Source: Amoebidium appalachense (Eukaryota; Protista; Ichthyosporea). From it: a stretch of DNA of 64,000 nt. The position numbers and the translations under genes were made by a program. The DNA is taken from assembly GCA_963693365.1 (NCBI GenBank), contig CAVNZM010000003.1, forward strand, positions 10,964,888 to 11,028,887, read 5' to 3'. The notes beneath the pieces were generated by a model, which did not search any database, was not told the DNA's origin, and worked only from the letters and a program-made list of their open reading frames with translations. Positions 60,901 to 64,000 of this stretch are shown piece after piece (the stretch's first letter is position 1; each line of letters starts with the position of its first letter).

Positions 60901-61181
60901 ATATCGTTACAGAGTGCAGCCACCGTGAGGCAGGCACCGGCGCGTGCTGGGGCGTCCTTCTTGCTGGCCTTCTTCATGTTCTCCGCCAGGGCGTCCACGA
61001 GGGCAAGGTCGGCCACCAGCTGCAGGCCGTGGCTCTTGATGAGCTGCACGAGGGCAACGGCAGAGTCCTTGGCTGCCTGTGTGCCCGTTTGGGCCACCAG
61101 CTGGTCCCCCTGCTGCTTGACGGCAGCGTCCACCGGGGGCCGGGCAACCTCCATAGCGTTAACGGCGTGATTGGGCGCCAT
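57990..61181 (-). CDS. YEF3: Translation elongation factor 3 (eEF3, ABCF-type ATPase), intronless, 1063 aa
   Basis: N-terminal HEAT region (MWDLKKEVK, LASTTFVQVV), ELCNCNFRLAYGSKILL, two ABC domains (GKNDCGKTS / LSGGWKMKLAL / LLDEPTNHLD and GVNGAGKST / LSGGQKVKVVL / ILDEPTNYLD), chromodomain-like insert in ABC2, basic then acidic tail. Confidence 0.93.
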   Translation of the reverse strand: MAPNHAVNAMEVARPPVDAAVKQQGDQLVAQTGTQAAKDSAVALVQLIKSHGLQLVADLALVDALAENMKKASKKDAPARAGACLTVAALCNDIGLAVAPFVLPLFATVIDLMGDKERPVQLAATEAGNAVMGVVAPNAIATIVPALLQKSQKWQSAQFRMQAVTTLAKKAPVQVARCMPDIIPFVSSQMWDLKKEVKEAAKEALLAVCDCVDNSDIKPFVPNLVKSIENPKEVPETLYLLASTTFVQVVESGALSIISPLLERGFSERGNVVAIRQCARIIENMTKLVEEPRDISPFLPKLLPRLEQAKTEVSDPECREVCAKAADTLTRKGEAAAASKSKLHDVEAVLTAVKLAAGGDNHSDMFVQALSHVSSMVLMLADIKVLDAAIWRTALTPYLTPFVDGSETAAAIIDAILGEVVKDATPEAEVEEDTDAEELCNCNFRLAYGSKILLSNTNLRLKRGYRYGVLGKNDCGKTSLLRAIADHRLEGFPTEDELRTVFVATDIQGEMSDMTVLDYIYADPLLRNCGVAREEMAKVLESVGFNESSPANITSPVGSLSGGWKMKLALSRAMLLKADIILLDEPTNHLDAYNVKWVESYLTGLKGVTCIMVSHDSGFLDRVCTHMIEIRDLKLHVAKGNLTDYLQNRPDAKAYFEFKTSANKTPFRFPAPGPLEGINTKGKPILKMTDITFTYAGAAKPQLRSVTVRCSLASRVACVGVNGAGKSTMIKLLTGELVPDAGSGEVWKHPNARVAYVAQHAFHHIENHLDKTANEYILWRYQYGKDREGLQKVTMQLTPDEEAQVQAPITVDITDADGNVKKEKRTLDRFTEGRRQKGRTTEYEIEWVGHSEPTWVDVEVLLKQGSAFEKLIKQTDEAIANSASAYQRPLTMKNVEDHLEGFGLEKEFGTHTRIRALSGGQKVKVVLAAAMWNCPHLLILDEPTNYLDRESLAQLADAIRLYDGGVVMITHNNAFCSELCPEVWHLENNTLNLKGDADWMEKAMKEKIEVKELDDVVKDRYGNDVKVKKQDKKLSRAELKKKEKQRKARKALGLASESEEDDE

Positions 61182-63611
61182 ACTGAATTATACCGCGCGT
61201 ATTATTACGAAAAAAAGAGTAAAGAGAGAAATACACGGTGCCTACCACTGCGAGACTTGCATTCGAAAATAGGTAGCAGGATAACTCCGTGGCAAACTGA
61301 AAGGCTTACTGAAAGTCGCAAGCTGCGAGTGAGTTTATATACCGTTTCTTGTGAGCCATCGCCAATGAAACAGTGCATCACACACAACAAAAAGCAGATG
61401 TGACATTTAGCAAACCAAAAAATGCGTAGATTCGATTGCCGCGCGGTTGCTTTCAGCCAATCCGAATTAATATTTAGGTGGTTCTAATATCCCTGGTCAC
61501 CCTAGATTAATAGATGCCTGCAGTGACAACTGTAACAAGTAGTCTGGACTCTGGAGTCGCAGCAAAACGTGTTGAAACTCATAGACAGAAGCATATCTTG
61601 CATAAGCATATTATTGTCTTATGCAAATCCCCGGTTTTAAAAAATATATTTTTAGGGATTATTCGAAGCTTTTAGGGGTAAAAAGTATTTATCATAATCA
61701 AGCTACCTAGTGATTTAGAATTTTGACTTTCGACAAATTTAAACCATATCCTTTCTAGAAGAATCCTTTTGTAGCTTGGGAGCCCTTGTCAGGCTCAAGC
61801 AACTAATCAGATAAACGCTCTTTGCAAAAATTAAAAAGTAATCAAAAATTTACATCTGAATCATTGCAAGAGAAGTGTATATTAGTTTCCTCCGGTAGCA
61901 GTCTGAGCTTCCGGAGTTCGGACTACATAGCTACAATTCGCGTTTCACCTCTTCCCTACGGGTGTCTCCTACACTAGCTGGCAATGTGAACACTTTAGAC
62001 TTTATGTTGAATTCTGTTGGTCGTCACATTGAGTATTTATATGATTTTCACACAGTGTTCAGGTATCTCAGTATGCGCATGTTACTGGATAACTCGTGAA
62101 GTTTTTATTGTCTTCTCAGTATGCCGTGCATACTTGCATATCTTTCCGTCGAATAAATCCAGTCAAAAGAAAAACAATTCGCTCCCAGCCACTCAACGAA
62201 ACCCCCCTCACATGCTCTTTGGGACGCTTGGCTCTTTCACGCCCGCCAATCCGTCACGGTTTTATTTGACATTGGTCCAAGCATTCCGACAGAAGCAACC
62301 AATCAAACATGACCCGAGGAATAGTGACCTCGGGTGCACAATTTTCGCATTATGAACCTATGAGGATGGAATAATGCTTGCAAAACATAACAGACTTACC
62401 GGATCTATGCTTTAATGCCTCTAATATAGCATTATACTTGAGTTCTGTAAATAGCCCTGTAGAATTGAACCAGCACAAAAAGCCTTTGACCATCTGAGCC
62501 ACCCACCAATCAGATGACATAGTGCGATCATTCCTGTCGCCGGGTAAGCAAGCGCGGCTCACCACATGGACGCACAAGTGCTTTCGCGTATCATCGGTGG
62601 TGACATGGCGTATTGTCTTACAATAAAGATGGCATATATGAGTACAAATGCGTAAAATATAAATACCAGACACGGCTACTGACTTTTATAATTCTGTCTC
62701 AGCCCATCCATATCCCAGGCACAGGCAAACACGGGCATATTTGACCGCCTCAGTCACGGCATGCAGATATGCCAACACTGAGTTCTCGGCGCGCCCTTTG
62801 GGCCTTGGCACGCCTCACATACGATTGGCTTTTGAATAAATCTTGGGTCCCCCGCCATGGGGCGTTTTGTAACCAGATTCCGGAAAATGTGATATCCCAT
62901 TTTCATATAAAGCAACAAATGTCTACCAAAAATGATGTAACTTCGCTAGACATATACCCAAGTAATAAATATGACATTAAGATTTACACATTTCACACAA
63001 AGCACACATTTCACAAAAAGCAAAGTATAACGGAATTTCTTGGCTTACGATGAGCTAGTGCTGTGCCATTATCTTGGTTTTGCACAAATTAATAACATGG
63101 TCTACTTATATATCAGCTAGCCATAGCTTCTGTAGGCCTATTTCAGCCCGAAGACATTGTTTGCTTTGCTTCTAATATTATTGAATTATAACTTCTATTG
63201 CCTGGTGCGAGTTTTAATGTGCGACATAATCTTTATGTAACGGAATACCTGTTATACAGTGTCCTCATGTCCGTGTTTTGGGAAACCATTACAGTCCAGC
63301 CAGGCATGTCATGGCTAAAAGATGGTGTAGGGGGATGAAACCGACGTGCCATTCAAATAGTTAATTGGTTGTGTGTCACGATTGCTTTTTAGCAGGAAAT
63401 AAGCAGCGTGCCATCGAAAACTTGATTGGTGATGGCTCATAAGTCATGGTACATAAAGCTCCTTGCCCCTCTTCAGAAGTCAGTCAGTCAGTCATACATG
63501 TTAGGTTCACCCGGCTCAGTTTTGTTAGTTTTGCTAATTTCGAATGCACTGCTAGCCGAGGATTCTTCTCTTTCCACTTTTTTCGTAATAATACGCGCGG
63601 TATAATTCAGT

Positions 63612-64000
63612 ATGGCGCCCAATCACGCCGTTAACGCTATGGAGGTTGCCCGGCCCCCGGTGGACGCTGCCATCAAGCAGCAGGGGGACCAGCTGGTGGC
63701 CCAAACGGGCACACAGGCAGCCAAGGACTCTGCCGTTGCCCTCGTGCAGCTCATCAAGAGCCACGGCCTGCAGCTGGTGGCCGACCTTGCCCTCGTGGAC
63801 GCCCTGGCGGAGAACATGAAGAAGGCCGGCAAGAAGGACGCCCCAGCACGCGCCGGTGCCTGCCTCACGGTGGCTGCACTCTGTAACGATATCGGCCTTG
63901 CCGTGGCCCCGTTTGTGCTGCCCCTGTTTGCCACCGTCATCGACCTGATGGGCGACAAGGAGAGGCCCGTGCAGCTCGCCGCCACCGAGGCCGGCAACGC
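63612..64000 (+). CDS. YEF3: Second eEF3 copy, 5' part, truncated by window edge
   Basis: Reverse complement of 60793-61181; only two differences found by eye (GTC>ATC Val>Ile, AGC>GGC Ser>Gly). Reading frame open to the edge. Confidence 0.88.
   Translation, partial: MAPNHAVNAMEVARPPVDAAIKQQGDQLVAQTGTQAAKDSAVALVQLIKSHGLQLVADLALVDALAENMKKAGKKDAPARAGACLTVAALCNDIGLAVAPFVLPLFATVIDLMGDKERPVQLAATEAGN

Overview
Eukaryotic genomic DNA from an unidentified, probably unicellular organism, with very intron-rich genes whose introns are packed with poly(G/C), (GT/CA)n and (CT)n tracts. Nearly all ORFs in the supplied track are microsatellite artefacts. Genes reconstructed by hand from GT-AG exons: the 5' part of TOR kinase (19 exons, minus, runs off the left edge), head-to-head with CAAX prenyl protease RCE1 (9 exons, plus); centriolar WD40 protein POC1 (about 11 exons, minus); a 2-exon secreted lipocalin (plus); an intronless eEF3 (minus) and the start of a near-identical, divergently oriented second eEF3. 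Several foldback MITEs, minisatellites and a degenerate 2-3 kb tandem block (about 49.9-57.9 kb) are also present. The main discovery is a group of related short retroposon-like elements (subfamilies A, B, C; at least 15 copies or fragments) that end in GCATTCAA-like termini abutting poly(C) tracts. They carry a conserved, covarying ~160-nt RNA structure containing all hammerhead ribozyme core motifs (GUU, GAAAC, CUGANGA) in a non-canonical strand order. Ribozyme activity is a hypothesis that needs experimental testing.
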